From positions 58,814-122,813 of the forward strand of contig CAYZAW010000001.1 of NCBI GenBank assembly GCA_964476505.1: DNA of 64,000 nt, written 5' to 3'. Below, one piece after another: positions 38,167-47,456 of this stretch (the stretch's first letter is position 1; each line of letters begins with the position of its first letter). The notes beneath the pieces were generated by a model. The model was not told the origin of the DNA. It saw only the letters and a program-made list of their open reading frames with translations, and made no database searches. The DNA is from an uncultured Oscillospiraceae bacterium. Its GTDB lineage: Bacteria > Bacillota > Clostridia > Christensenellales > CAG-138. The translations under genes were made by a program, and so were the position numbers.

Positions 38167-38289
38167 GTGGTAGATAGTATCATAAGCAAAAACAAGATGC
38201 AATGCAAAAACCGCCATAAAAAGCGTATACCCCAATCGCGGCAGAGCAGTTATAATATAGAAGAAACAGTATACACGCGGAGGTTAACC

Positions 38290-39291
38290 GTGGCAAAGGG
38301 AAAAAGAAAAACCGCTCAGCGCACGCGCGGGTTGATCGCGCTTGTTTTGGTGCTTCTGTTTGGGCTGGCGGTGTATTTGATACTGCGCATGGACGCGCCG
38401 GAACAGCAAGCCCCCGTGGCGGCGGAAGGTACGCCGGTACATACGGCATTGCCAGAGGATACATCGCCTGCGGCAACGCCCACGCCTGCCGCGGAGACTC
38501 CCGAGCTGAACAAAGCTCCGCTCACTGTGACCGTGCTGGACGTTGGGCAGGCGGATTGCATGCTGCTGCAATCTCCCAACGGTAAAACCATGCTCATCGA
38601 CGCGGGAGACAGCGAGAGCTTTTGGCATATGGAGGACGTTTTTAAGGCGGCGGGGATCGACCGGCTGGATGTTGTGGTATCTACCCACCCGCATACGGAT
38701 CACATCGGCAGTATGCGGGAGGTCATCCAAAACTACGAGATCGGTACGTTTTACATGACGGACCAAACCTCCACCACCTCCACCTATAAAAACATGGTGA
38801 AGGCGCTGCAAACGCAGGGGGTCACGGTCAAGCAGGCCGCGGCGGATCTGGAGCCTGTGATCGATTGGGATGCGGACGTTGAGGTGCGAATTTTGTCGCC
38901 CATTACGGCCTATTTTTATGACGACCTGAACGATTCCAGCGTGGTGCTGCGGGTCAAGTACGGGGATACCGCCATGCTCGTTACAGGCGACGCAGGCGCG
39001 TATGCGGAGAACATCATGCTGGCAGAGTGGCCTAAGCGGTATTTACAGGCGGATGTACTTAAGTTGGGGCATCACGGCTCCTATACCTCCACGGGAAAAC
39101 ACTTCCTTGCGGCGGTAGATCCAACCGTTGCGGTTGCGTCTCTTGGGAAAAACAACGATTACGGTTATCCGCACCGGGAAACGGTTTCCATATTGGCACA
39201 GTCCGGCATTACCATGTACCGAACAGATGAGGATGGCGACGTAACATTTACGTTAAACGGAAAGCAAGTAAGCATTGCAACGGAAAAATAA
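38290..39291 (+). CDS. Membrane-anchored MBL-fold metallo-hydrolase (ComEC C-terminal-like)
   Basis: In frame within ORF 38167..39291. GTG 38290 follows GGAGG. One TM helix, an Ala/Pro/Thr linker, then VLDVGQADCMLL...STHPHTDHIGS...LKLGHHGS. Confidence 0.8.
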   Translation: MAKGKRKTAQRTRGLIALVLVLLFGLAVYLILRMDAPEQQAPVAAEGTPVHTALPEDTSPAATPTPAAETPELNKAPLTVTVLDVGQADCMLLQSPNGKTMLIDAGDSESFWHMEDVFKAAGIDRLDVVVSTHPHTDHIGSMREVIQNYEIGTFYMTDQTSTTSTYKNMVKALQTQGVTVKQAAADLEPVIDWDADVEVRILSPITAYFYDDLNDSSVVLRVKYGDTAMLVTGDAGAYAENIMLAEWPKRYLQADVLKLGHHGSYTSTGKHFLAAVDPTVAVASLGKNNDYGYPHRETVSILAQSGITMYRTDEDGDVTFTLNGKQVSIATEK

Positions 39292-39350
39292 ATATGCTCT
39301 TTTACGACTCCTGTGGAAAGGGGCAAGGAATAGCAGGGCAATGATACAAG

Positions 39351-39382
39351 AAAAGCGCCGCATCGTTTGATGCGGCGCTTGT
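39351..39382. terminator. Bidirectional terminator between convergent genes
   Basis: AAGCGCCGCATC-gttt-GATGCGGCGCTT. Confidence 0.75.
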
Positions 39383-39394
39383 GCGATTATTGGG

Positions 39395-41887
39395 TTACTC
39401 GGCGGCGGGCTCTTCTGCCTTTGCCTTTTTCTTAGCGGGAGCCTTCTTCTTGGGGGCTTCCTCTACGGGCGCTTCAGCAGCTTCCGCAGCTTCTACGGCA
39501 GCTTCCGCGACCTTCTTCTTGGCGGGAGCCTTCTTCTTGGGGGCTTCCTCCACGGCGGCGGGGGCTTCTTCCTCTAACTGCAGGCCTTGGAACAGGTCTG
39601 CCAGGCTGGTGGTGGCGGACTGTACCGGGGGCAGCTGATAATCTCCATCCTCGCTGTTGCGGCGGGGACGACGCTCACGCTGCTCGGTGCGGTCGCTCTG
39701 CGGCGCACGCTCTGCACGGGGGGCGCGGGGCTCGCTGGAAGCGGGCTGCTCGGAACGCTGCTGGCGCTGCTGGGCTTCTGCGGCGCGCTGCTCGGCACGC
39801 TCTGCAAACTGACGGTCGCGCTCGGCCTTCTCGGCTGCAATCTTCTCGGCAAGCTCCGGGTTCTCCTCAAGGATAACGTCCTTGCGGGAGAGGCTGATGC
39901 GCTTGGCTTCCGGATTAACATCCAGAACCTTGCAGCGTACGGTATCGCCAACGTTGATTTCATCTTCTACCTTGGCAATGCGCTGTACGCTTACCTGAGA
40001 GATGTGAATCAAACCGTCGATGGTGGGCTCAAGCGCTACGAATGCGCCGAAGGGAACGATGCGAACTACCTTGCCCTCTACGGTGCTGCCGATGGGGTAT
40101 TTCTCGGCGGCCATGGTCCAGGGCTTGGGCTGGAGCTGCTTGTACCCCAAGGATACGCGCTGCTTCTCGGTATCTACATTCAAAACCAGAACCTCGATCT
40201 CCTGCCCGATCTTTAATACATCAGAGGGATGCTTTACCCGGCCCCATGCAACATCCGTTACATGAACGAGGCCGTCGATGCCGCCGATGTCTACGAAAGC
40301 GCCAAAGTCCGTTAAGCGGCGTACAACGCCCTGCATTTTGGAACCGACTTCAAGCGTTTTCCATTTTTCTGCTTTCTCGGCTTCCATCTCAGCCAGAAGT
40401 ACGTTCTTCTGAGAGGCGACGATGCGCTTGCGCTGACGGTCGACCTCGATGATGGAAAGGCGCATGGGCTTGCCGATAAACTCATTCAGGTTTTCCACAT
40501 ACTTGGTGGAAACGTGAGAGGCGGGCACGAATGCGCGTACGCCGTTGATGGAGGCGATGATGCCGCCCTTGATAACTTCCTTACCCTCGGCCTCGAACAC
40601 CTTGCCCTCTAGGTTATCGTCTGCCATCAGCTCGTCCCAAAGCTTGCGGCCTTCCACGCTCTTGCGGGAAAGAAGCACATTGCCTTCGCCGTCGTTGACC
40701 TTCAGGACTTCCACTTCGATGGAGTCTCCAACCTTAACAACATCCGCGGGATTCACGTCCGGATCGGATGAAAACTCATTCTTGGGAATGAAACCGTCCG
40801 ATTTGTAGCCGATGTTCACGCTGACCTCGCCGTCAACGATCTGCACAACAGAGCCGGTGATGATCTGCCCGTTGTGGATACGCTTCATGGTCTTTTCAAA
40901 GGCCTCGGCGAAGCTGTCGGTGTCCAGCACAGCATCGGTGGGCTCTCCGGCGGCGGCTTTCTCGCCCTCCGCAGGTTCGGCTATGATGGCCTCTGCCTCG
41001 GGGGCATCCATTTTCGCCTGATTGGCTTCCACCTCAGTGGATTCAGCCGTCGTCTTCTCGAGTTCGCTCATTACAGTAAAAACCTCCCTAATCATCCAAT
41101 CTGGTGCCGAAGCACCCGCAACAATACCTATTATATCATTGCTTTGGTAATTTTCAAGTACAATTTGCCCCGTATTCTCGATGAAATCGGTGTTTTTGCA
41201 GTGCCGGGAGCACAGCTCGGCTAATTTTTGCGTATTGGCGCTGTTACGACCGCCTATCACCAGCATTTTGGTGCATTCTGCCGATAGCTCCTCCGCTTCC
41301 TTCTGGCGCTGGGTGGTGGTGTCACAAATGGTGTCGAAAACGGTAAGCGTTTGGCAGCGGGGGCGAAGGGCGTTTGCAATCGCCTCAAACTGATTTCGGG
41401 GCAGCGTTGTTTGGGAAACCAGCACCGCGTCGTGCAAAGATAATTCGTTGCATGCGTCGGGAGAAAGCAGCACATGCACATCGTTTCCTGCCCAGCCGCG
41501 AATGCCGATCACCTCCGGATGCGCCGCTTTTCCCGCGATGCATACGGTTTTTCCTTCGGCTGCTGCCTGCTCTGCAATGCGGTGGATCTTCTTTACATAC
41601 GGGCAGGTGGCGTCGATCACGGTAAGACCCCGGTCGCGGCAAGCCTCGTACACGGCCTTTGGCGCGCCGTGGGAGCGGATGATCACCGTGCCGCCCGCGG
41701 GCACGTTATCTACGGCTTCCACCGGCAGCACGCCCTTTTGCTTGAGCCTTTCAATTACATCCGCATTATGCGTCAGTTCTCCCAGCGTGTATACTGGGGC
41801 ATGCTGTAAGGCAGCGTCCTCCGCCAGCTTTACCGCGCGGCGGATGCCAAAGCAAAAGCCGATGTTCTTTGCCAGCTTTACGATCAT
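39395..41887 (-). CDS. ispH: Bifunctional 4-hydroxy-3-methylbut-2-enyl diphosphate reductase (IspH) / ribosomal protein S1 fusion with a Lys/Ala/Glu-rich tail
   Basis: 830 aa. N-terminal LytB (GFCFGIRRAV...SHGAPK...CPYV), then four S1 repeats (GSVVQIV..., GKVFEAEG..., GVVRRLTDFGAFVDI..., GKVVRIVPFGAFVAL). The ATG overlaps the plsC stop (ATGA). Confidence 0.92.
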   Translation of the reverse strand: MIVKLAKNIGFCFGIRRAVKLAEDAALQHAPVYTLGELTHNADVIERLKQKGVLPVEAVDNVPAGGTVIIRSHGAPKAVYEACRDRGLTVIDATCPYVKKIHRIAEQAAAEGKTVCIAGKAAHPEVIGIRGWAGNDVHVLLSPDACNELSLHDAVLVSQTTLPRNQFEAIANALRPRCQTLTVFDTICDTTTQRQKEAEELSAECTKMLVIGGRNSANTQKLAELCSRHCKNTDFIENTGQIVLENYQSNDIIGIVAGASAPDWMIREVFTVMSELEKTTAESTEVEANQAKMDAPEAEAIIAEPAEGEKAAAGEPTDAVLDTDSFAEAFEKTMKRIHNGQIITGSVVQIVDGEVSVNIGYKSDGFIPKNEFSSDPDVNPADVVKVGDSIEVEVLKVNDGEGNVLLSRKSVEGRKLWDELMADDNLEGKVFEAEGKEVIKGGIIASINGVRAFVPASHVSTKYVENLNEFIGKPMRLSIIEVDRQRKRIVASQKNVLLAEMEAEKAEKWKTLEVGSKMQGVVRRLTDFGAFVDIGGIDGLVHVTDVAWGRVKHPSDVLKIGQEIEVLVLNVDTEKQRVSLGYKQLQPKPWTMAAEKYPIGSTVEGKVVRIVPFGAFVALEPTIDGLIHISQVSVQRIAKVEDEINVGDTVRCKVLDVNPEAKRISLSRKDVILEENPELAEKIAAEKAERDRQFAERAEQRAAEAQQRQQRSEQPASSEPRAPRAERAPQSDRTEQRERRPRRNSEDGDYQLPPVQSATTSLADLFQGLQLEEEAPAAVEEAPKKKAPAKKKVAEAAVEAAEAAEAPVEEAPKKKAPAKKKAKAEEPAAE
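39435..39550. repeat. 29-nt exact direct repeat, 87 nt apart, inside the tail-coding region
   Basis: GCGGGAGCCTTCTTCTTGGGGGCTTCCTC occurs at 39435-39463 and 39522-39550, encoding EEAPKKKAPAKKK twice. Confidence 0.8.
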
Positions 41888-42477
41888 TTTTCCATCAGCT
41901 CCGTTTTTAACGCCCGGATGCTGTCGCTGATCTCATCGGTAACAACGTCCACCAACTGCGATTTCCCGGTGACCGCCACCAGCTCGCCCACGTTGATGGG
42001 CGCACCAACGATCGCCCGGAAGCGCAGCTTCCGGTAGCTGTCCGGCTTGATGTACATGGGGATGATGGGGGCGTTGGAGCGAATCGCCAAAAACGCCGCG
42101 CCCTTTTCCAGTTCGTCCAGATCATTCGTTACTGCGCGCTTTCCCTCGGGGAATATGCCAAATACATGCCCCCGCTCCAGTACCCGCAGGGCAGTTTTCA
42201 TGGAGACCATATCCGCTTCCTTGCGGTTGACCGGAAATACGAACAGGGCCTTTAACAAAAAGCCCAGCAGCTTGTTTTTAAACAGGCTGGATTTTGCCAT
42301 AAAATGGATAATGCGCGGGGAGATCATGGCAAGACAGATGGGGTCGCCCATGGCGATATGGTTGCATACGAATATCGCCTTGCCCTGCACCCGCATGTTT
42401 TCCCGCCCGTATACCACAGGCCGGAAGATCAGCCAGAAAAACGGGAATACGAGGATGCGAAACAGGATATACAGCAT
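41884..42477 (-). CDS. plsC: 1-acyl-sn-glycerol-3-phosphate acyltransferase
   Basis: 197 aa. The HX4D motif is CNHIAMGDP, and FPEGKR is present. Confidence 0.9.
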   Translation of the reverse strand: MLYILFRILVFPFFWLIFRPVVYGRENMRVQGKAIFVCNHIAMGDPICLAMISPRIIHFMAKSSLFKNKLLGFLLKALFVFPVNRKEADMVSMKTALRVLERGHVFGIFPEGKRAVTNDLDELEKGAAFLAIRSNAPIIPMYIKPDSYRKLRFRAIVGAPINVGELVAVTGKSQLVDVVTDEISDSIRALKTELMEK

Positions 42478-42490
42478 TTTGCGCCCTCCT

Positions 42491-43159
42491 TTACCGTTGG
42501 ATATGATTGAGCACGGTTTGAATGACCGCGTTGATATCCATATGCGTGGTGTCTATCAATATTGCGTCCGGCGTTTGTACCAGCGGCGCGAATTCGCGGC
42601 TGCTGTCTGTGTGATCCCGGGCGATGATAGCCGCCTCCAGCTCCTCCAAGGTGCCGCCGTCCTGCCCCTTTTGCTGCAATTCCAGCATCCGGCGCTTTGC
42701 ACGCTCCCGGGGCTCGGCGGTAATAAAAAACTTATAGGGCGCGCTTGGCAGCACGTAACTGCCGATCTCCCGCCCGTCCATCACCACCGGCTGGCTGCTT
42801 GCGATCTCCCGCTGCAAAGCCGCCATTTTCTCCCGCATGGGGCGGTGTACGCTGATGTCCGATGCGCCCTTGCTGATCTCCTGTGTGCGGATGAGGTCGG
42901 TCACGTCCTCGCCGTTGAGTATAGTGCGCTGTGCGCCGTTCTCGTAACGGACGGTAACCGCTATTGCCGGAAGAAGCGGCAATACCTGCTCCATGCAGGT
43001 AGGGTCAACGCCTTGCCGAAAGGCATACAGCGCCGCCGCCCGGTACATGGCACCCGTATCCAGATACAAGATATCCAGCGCGCGGGCTACCGCTTTTGCG
43101 GCTGTGCTTTTTCCCGCACCTGCGGGGCCGTCGATGGCGATCTGTAAAGGCTTTGTCAT
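42491..43159 (-). CDS. cmk: (d)CMP kinase
   Basis: 222 aa. IAIDGPAGAGKST and LDTGAMYR. Confidence 0.93.
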   Translation of the reverse strand: MTKPLQIAIDGPAGAGKSTAAKAVARALDILYLDTGAMYRAAALYAFRQGVDPTCMEQVLPLLPAIAVTVRYENGAQRTILNGEDVTDLIRTQEISKGASDISVHRPMREKMAALQREIASSQPVVMDGREIGSYVLPSAPYKFFITAEPRERAKRRMLELQQKGQDGGTLEELEAAIIARDHTDSSREFAPLVQTPDAILIDTTHMDINAVIQTVLNHIQR

Positions 43160-44386
43160 CTAAACGGTCTCTCCTTTCAGCTGCCCGGCCAAACATCCGG
43201 TGCACCATGCGATCTGTAAATTAAAGCCGCCGGTATACGCGTCCACATCCAAAAGCTCTCCGCCGACATACAGCCCCGGCACCAGCTTGGATTCCAAGGT
43301 GGAGGGGGAGATCTCCTTCACGGATACGCCGCCGCGGGTAATGATGGCCTCGTTTAGCGGGCGCGCGCATTTAACGGTGAGCGGCAGTGCCTTTAGGGTT
43401 TCTAAAAGCGCCCGGCGGGCAGGCTTTGTCAGCTCCCCGGCAGGCATGTCGCCGTTGATATTGCAGCAGGCAAACACCACCGGCAGCAGCTTATGCGGCA
43501 GAAGTCCCGAAAAGGTGTTTTGCATGTTTTTTTGCCGCCCCGCTTCGATATCCCTAAGAAGCCTTGCATCCAGCAGTTCATAGGATAAGCCTGGCTTCAG
43601 GTCGATCAAAAGCTTCGCGCCCACGGGCTCCTTGAAGCGGGAGCTTGCGGAAAGCACCAGCGGGCCGGAAACGCCAAAGTGCGTAAACAACAGCTCGCCC
43701 AATTCTGAAAACACCTTTTTACCCTGCTCCATGGCGGTAAGCGTAACGTTTTTTAGGGTAAGGCCGGTCAGGGCGTACGGCCAGCTTTCCTCTGTTTCCA
43801 GCGGGATGAGCGCCGGGCGAGGGGGAATAACGGTATGCCCAAGCGCGGTTAAAAACCGATAGCCGTCTCCCGTTGCGCCGGTGCTTTGGTAGCTGTTGCC
43901 GCCTGTTGCCAAAATGACCGCGTCGGCGGCGAGCACCGTGCCGTTACTTAGCGTTACGCCGGTGATGCGGTTGTCACGGGCGTTGAGCTGCGCTACCTTT
44001 GTTTGCAGCTTGACCGCAACGCCCGCCGCTTTTAGCGCCCGCTCCAATGCGCGGATGATATCGCTGCTGTGGTCGGATACGGGAAATACCCGGTCGCCCC
44101 GTTCCACCTTGAGGGGCACTCCCAAGCGCTCAAACAGCGCCATGACCTCCTCCGAGGGCAGCGCCGCATAGGCGCTGTATAAGAACCGGGCGTTGTTGGG
44201 GATGTTGTTAAAAAACGCGTCCCGGCCGCCAGCGTTGGTTACGTTGCAGCGGCCCTTGCCCGTTATAAACAGTTTTTTGCCAAGCTTTTCGTTCTGCTCC
44301 AAGAGCGTAACGGTATGCCCGTGCTCCTTGGCGGTCAGTGCCGATAGCATGCCACAGGGGCCGCCGCCTATTACGATCACTTGCAT
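43160..44386 (-). CDS. NAD(P)/FAD-dependent oxidoreductase, HI0933/BaiN-like flavoprotein
   Basis: ORF track 43160..44410. ATG 44386 follows GGAGGAG. VIVIGGGPCG dinucleotide fold, GKGRCNVTN and TRGGVS. Confidence 0.85.
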   Translation of the reverse strand: MQVIVIGGGPCGMLSALTAKEHGHTVTLLEQNEKLGKKLFITGKGRCNVTNAGGRDAFFNNIPNNARFLYSAYAALPSEEVMALFERLGVPLKVERGDRVFPVSDHSSDIIRALERALKAAGVAVKLQTKVAQLNARDNRITGVTLSNGTVLAADAVILATGGNSYQSTGATGDGYRFLTALGHTVIPPRPALIPLETEESWPYALTGLTLKNVTLTAMEQGKKVFSELGELLFTHFGVSGPLVLSASSRFKEPVGAKLLIDLKPGLSYELLDARLLRDIEAGRQKNMQNTFSGLLPHKLLPVVFACCNINGDMPAGELTKPARRALLETLKALPLTVKCARPLNEAIITRGGVSVKEISPSTLESKLVPGLYVGGELLDVDAYTGGFNLQIAWCTGCLAGQLKGETV

Positions 44387-45003
44387 CTTAGCTCCTCCGG
44401 TAAGTGGCAAACATCGTTCAAAACAACCATTTTACATTCTCCGGGATGGCAGTCCAGCTCCGAATACGCCGCGTTGTCCAGCCGGATGCTGTGAAAGCGG
44501 GCAAGCGGCAGGCCGATCAATTCCGCCACCATCACCCGCGCGGGGATGGAGTGGCACACCACCAGCACCGTGTCGTTTTGCCCGGGGTGCTTTTGCTGAA
44601 CGTCTTCCAGAAAATCCACGCAGCGCAGGCGTACCTGCTCAATGGTTTCCGCATGAGGCGGCACACAGCGGCTGGGGTCATGCTTCCATTGTTCCCATAA
44701 TGCGGGATAAAGCACGGCAAGCTCCGAAAATGCATGCCCTTCCCATTCGCCAAAGTCTCGCTCGATCAAGCGCTCGTCCGGCGTTACCGGCAGCTGCAAA
44801 AGCGCCCCCGCAGGCGCTGCCGTTTGCATGGCGCGGGAAAGCGGGCTGGCATATATGGCGCAAACGGGAAGCGCTGCCACGCGCTTTCCAAAACACTGCG
44901 CTTGCCTTAAACCGGTTTCGTCCAAGGGGATATCCGTGCGGCCTTGGGTACGGGTCTGTGCGTTCCATTCCGTGCGCCCGTGGCGGGTAATGATCAGCTT
45001 CAT
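44377..45003 (-). CDS. Histidine phosphatase family protein (phosphoglycerate mutase-like)
   Basis: 208 aa. MKLIITRHGRTEWN (RHG motif) and a later CHS. Confidence 0.85.
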   Translation of the reverse strand: MKLIITRHGRTEWNAQTRTQGRTDIPLDETGLRQAQCFGKRVAALPVCAIYASPLSRAMQTAAPAGALLQLPVTPDERLIERDFGEWEGHAFSELAVLYPALWEQWKHDPSRCVPPHAETIEQVRLRCVDFLEDVQQKHPGQNDTVLVVCHSIPARVMVAELIGLPLARFHSIRLDNAAYSELDCHPGECKMVVLNDVCHLPEELRCK

Positions 45004-45875
45004 TGAGGCTTGTCCTCGCTGTGCCGCGTTACATATACGTTATGCTGCCCCCAAAGCTGCTCTAACTGGGAGAAGTTGTTCATGAGATCGTCTTTACGTG
45101 ACATGCCCGCCGCAACGATAATAGCGTTGATGAGTGACAGCGGCGCAACCAGAGAGTCCGCAAAGGAGGCCATATCGCTATGCGCCGTAAGGCAATAGGT
45201 GGCAAGCGGCGCTAGCGGCGAGGCAGGGGAGTCCGTGATGGCAACGGTGGTAGCGCCCCGGCTGCTTGCAAAATGCATGGCTTCTACCGTGCGGGAGGAG
45301 TAGCGGGGGAAGCTGATGCCCAGGCACACGTCATCCTGATCGATATGGATCATCTGCTCGAATGCGTCACTGATGGTAGCCGTGACCGGCAGCACCGCTT
45401 CGCGCACGTACCCTAGATAATACGCCAAAAACTCCGCCAGCGGCGTGGCGCTTCGCATACCAACGATGTATACGCGCTTTGCCTTTAGCAGTGCTTCCAT
45501 GGCTCCGTTGAAGGCAACGTTGTCTACCGTGTCTATCGTGGCGCGAAGATTGTTCATATCCGCCTTCAATACGGAGCGCAGCACATCGTTTGGCGCAATG
45601 TCTGAAGTGAGCTGGATGCGCTGCATGGAGGTGAGGCGGGTCCTGATCAGCTCCTGCAAAGCGCGCTGCAGGGCAGGATACCCGTCGTACCCCACCACAT
45701 AGGCAAAACGCACCACCGTGGATTCGGAAACGCCCACCATACGGCCCATTTTGGAGGCGGTGATGAACGCTGCCCGGTCGTAATTGTTCAGGATATAGCT
45801 TGCGATCTGCTTTTGCCCCTTGCTGAGCTTGGGAAACTGCTGCTGCAGCCGTACCAACAGGTCATTCTGTTCCAT
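45000..45875 (-). CDS. MurR/RpiR-family transcriptional regulator (HTH + SIS domain)
   Basis: 291 aa. N-terminal HTH_6 (LSKGQKQIASYILNN...ITASKMGRMVGVSESTVVRFA) and a SIS region (VYIVGMRSA). Confidence 0.88.
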   Translation of the reverse strand: MEQNDLLVRLQQQFPKLSKGQKQIASYILNNYDRAAFITASKMGRMVGVSESTVVRFAYVVGYDGYPALQRALQELIRTRLTSMQRIQLTSDIAPNDVLRSVLKADMNNLRATIDTVDNVAFNGAMEALLKAKRVYIVGMRSATPLAEFLAYYLGYVREAVLPVTATISDAFEQMIHIDQDDVCLGISFPRYSSRTVEAMHFASSRGATTVAITDSPASPLAPLATYCLTAHSDMASFADSLVAPLSLINAIIVAAGMSRKDDLMNNFSQLEQLWGQHNVYVTRHSEDKPQ

Positions 45876-45887
45876 TTGCGCTCTCCT

Positions 45888-46658
45888 TTAATCGTTAAGG
45901 CGAAAACCGGATATATCCATCGCCTGCATCGTTTGGTAATCCGCAATATCAAAATGGATGGGCGTAACGGTAACATACCCCTTGTTGCACCAGCAGGCGT
46001 CCTTATCCGCATCTGGGTCGGGAATCTTCATATCGCTGCTGGGGGCAAAGAAGTAACGGTTGCCCCGGGGGTCGGTCACGTCTAAATACTCGTCAAAATA
46101 GCATTGCTTGTGCAGCCCGCACAGCTTTGCGCCCTTGATCTTACTAGCGGGAATGTCCGGCGCATTTACGTTCAACAGGGAGTTTTCCGGAAGCGGATGC
46201 TCCTGGATATACCTTGCCGCCCAAACGGCAGCCTGTGCCGCGGCGGAAAAATCCTTGGGGTTGGCGGAATTGCAGCTGGCGGCGATGGCGGGCTTGCCCA
46301 TGAGCGCCCCTTCCATAGCCGCGCCCACCGTGCCGGAATACAGCACGTCGCTTCCCAGATTGCCGCCGTGGTTGATGCCGGTGATCACCATGTCCGCATC
46401 GGGCACAAGAGATACGCAGCCAAGTTTAACGCAGTCCGCCGGGGTACCGGAAACGGAAAAGGCGGGAATGTCCTCCAAGCCGGGGATGGTTACCTCTGCC
46501 ACATGCAGGGGGCCGCTAAAGGTAAAGGAGTGGGAGGCGGCGCTGCGCTGCCGGTCCGGTGCACAAATGGCGATATCATAAAACGGCTTTAGCGCACTTG
46601 CCAGTTCGTGAATGCCCTGTGCCCAAACGCCGTCATCATTGGAAAGTAAAATCTTCAT
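45888..46658 (-). CDS. surE: 5'/3'-nucleotidase SurE
   Basis: ORF track 45888..46829. ATG 46658 follows GGAGGA. MKILLSNDDGVWAQGI and GINHGGNLG. Confidence 0.92.
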   Translation of the reverse strand: MKILLSNDDGVWAQGIHELASALKPFYDIAICAPDRQRSAASHSFTFSGPLHVAEVTIPGLEDIPAFSVSGTPADCVKLGCVSLVPDADMVITGINHGGNLGSDVLYSGTVGAAMEGALMGKPAIAASCNSANPKDFSAAAQAAVWAARYIQEHPLPENSLLNVNAPDIPASKIKGAKLCGLHKQCYFDEYLDVTDPRGNRYFFAPSSDMKIPDPDADKDACWCNKGYVTVTPIHFDIADYQTMQAMDISGFRLND

Positions 46659-46855
46659 GTATCCTCCAAATTCGCATGTTTGCCATGCATGGTTATATTT
46701 ATTCATTATAACAAGAGGGGATGCCCCTTTCAACGGAATTCTTATGAAATGATGAAATTCTTGCATGGCGCTCCTGCATTTATGCGGCTTGACAGGAGAA
46801 ATGCGCCATGGTAGCTTAAAGGTACACATCAGAAGATAATGAAGGGGGCTTTTCT

Positions 46856-47230
46856 ATGAAAACCATTGTATCCGCAACCAATGCGCCCGCCGCTCTCGGC
46901 CCGTACAGCCATGCCGTGGAAGCCAACGGCTTTGTATTTACCTCTGGGCAGCTGGGTATCGATCCCGCCACCGGCAAGCTGCCGGCAAGCGTGGAGGAAC
47001 AAACCAAGCAAGCGCTTGCAAATTTAAAAAACGTGCTGGAGGCTGCGGGCACATCAGCCGCTAACGTGCTGAAAACCACCGTGTTCGTGCAGGACTTGGG
47101 GGATTTTGCCGCCGTTAACGCCATTTACGGCGAGTTCTTCGGCAAGGACTTTCCCGCGCGCTCCTGCGTACAGGTTGCCAAGCTCCCCGCAGGCGGGTTG
47201 GTGGAGATCGAGTGCGTGGCGTGTAAGTAG
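46856..47230 (+). CDS. ridA: RidA family reactive-intermediate deaminase (YjgF/UK114)
   Basis: 124 aa. APAALGPYSHAV...FTSGQLG...PARSCVQVAKLP...VEIECVA. Confidence 0.92.
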   Translation: MKTIVSATNAPAALGPYSHAVEANGFVFTSGQLGIDPATGKLPASVEEQTKQALANLKNVLEAAGTSAANVLKTTVFVQDLGDFAAVNAIYGEFFGKDFPARSCVQVAKLPAGGLVEIECVACK

Positions 47231-47232
47231 AT

Positions 47233-47282
47233 TGCCTCCGGCGGCAAGGAACCTTTTGTAGTAGGTTTCTTGACCTCTAAAC
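47233..47282 (-). repeat. Dispersed hairpin element, copy 3 (reverse orientation)
   Basis: Plus strand TGCCTCCGGCGG-CAAGGAACC-ttttgtagta-GGTTTCTTG-acCTCTAAA. Its reverse complement is TTTAGAG...ACAAAAGG-ttccttg-CCGCCGGAGGCA. It starts 2 nt after the ridA stop. Confidence 0.7.
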
Positions 47283-47292
47283 TTTAAAAACA

Positions 47293-47330
47293 AGCAGGAG
47301 CCGTAACAAGTATGGCTCCTGCTTTTATAT
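47293..47330 (+). terminator. Rho-independent terminator downstream of ridA
   Basis: AGCAGGAGCC-gtaacaagtat-GGCTCCTGCT followed by TTTATAT. Confidence 0.7.
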
Positions 47331-47456
47331 AGTAGCTTTGCCTTTGTCCAAGGCGGAAGCCCGCATTGTTTACAAAACACCGCTATTTCTCTATTGCGCC
47401 AGATGGTATGATTTTCCTAGTACTTACTCCCGCACAGGAAAATACGGAGGGATTTC

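Noticed and set aside
39381-39638. 85-aa Ala/Ser-rich plus-strand ORF
   Set aside because: It lies antisense to the repetitive Lys/Ala/Glu tail of the IspH-S1 gene and is an artefact of the repeat composition.
42047-44990. Plus-strand ORFs 42047..43147 (366 aa), 43200..43583 (127 aa) and 44193..44990 (265 aa)
   Set aside because: They lie antisense to plsC, cmk, the flavoprotein and the histidine phosphatase genes. They are shadow ORFs.
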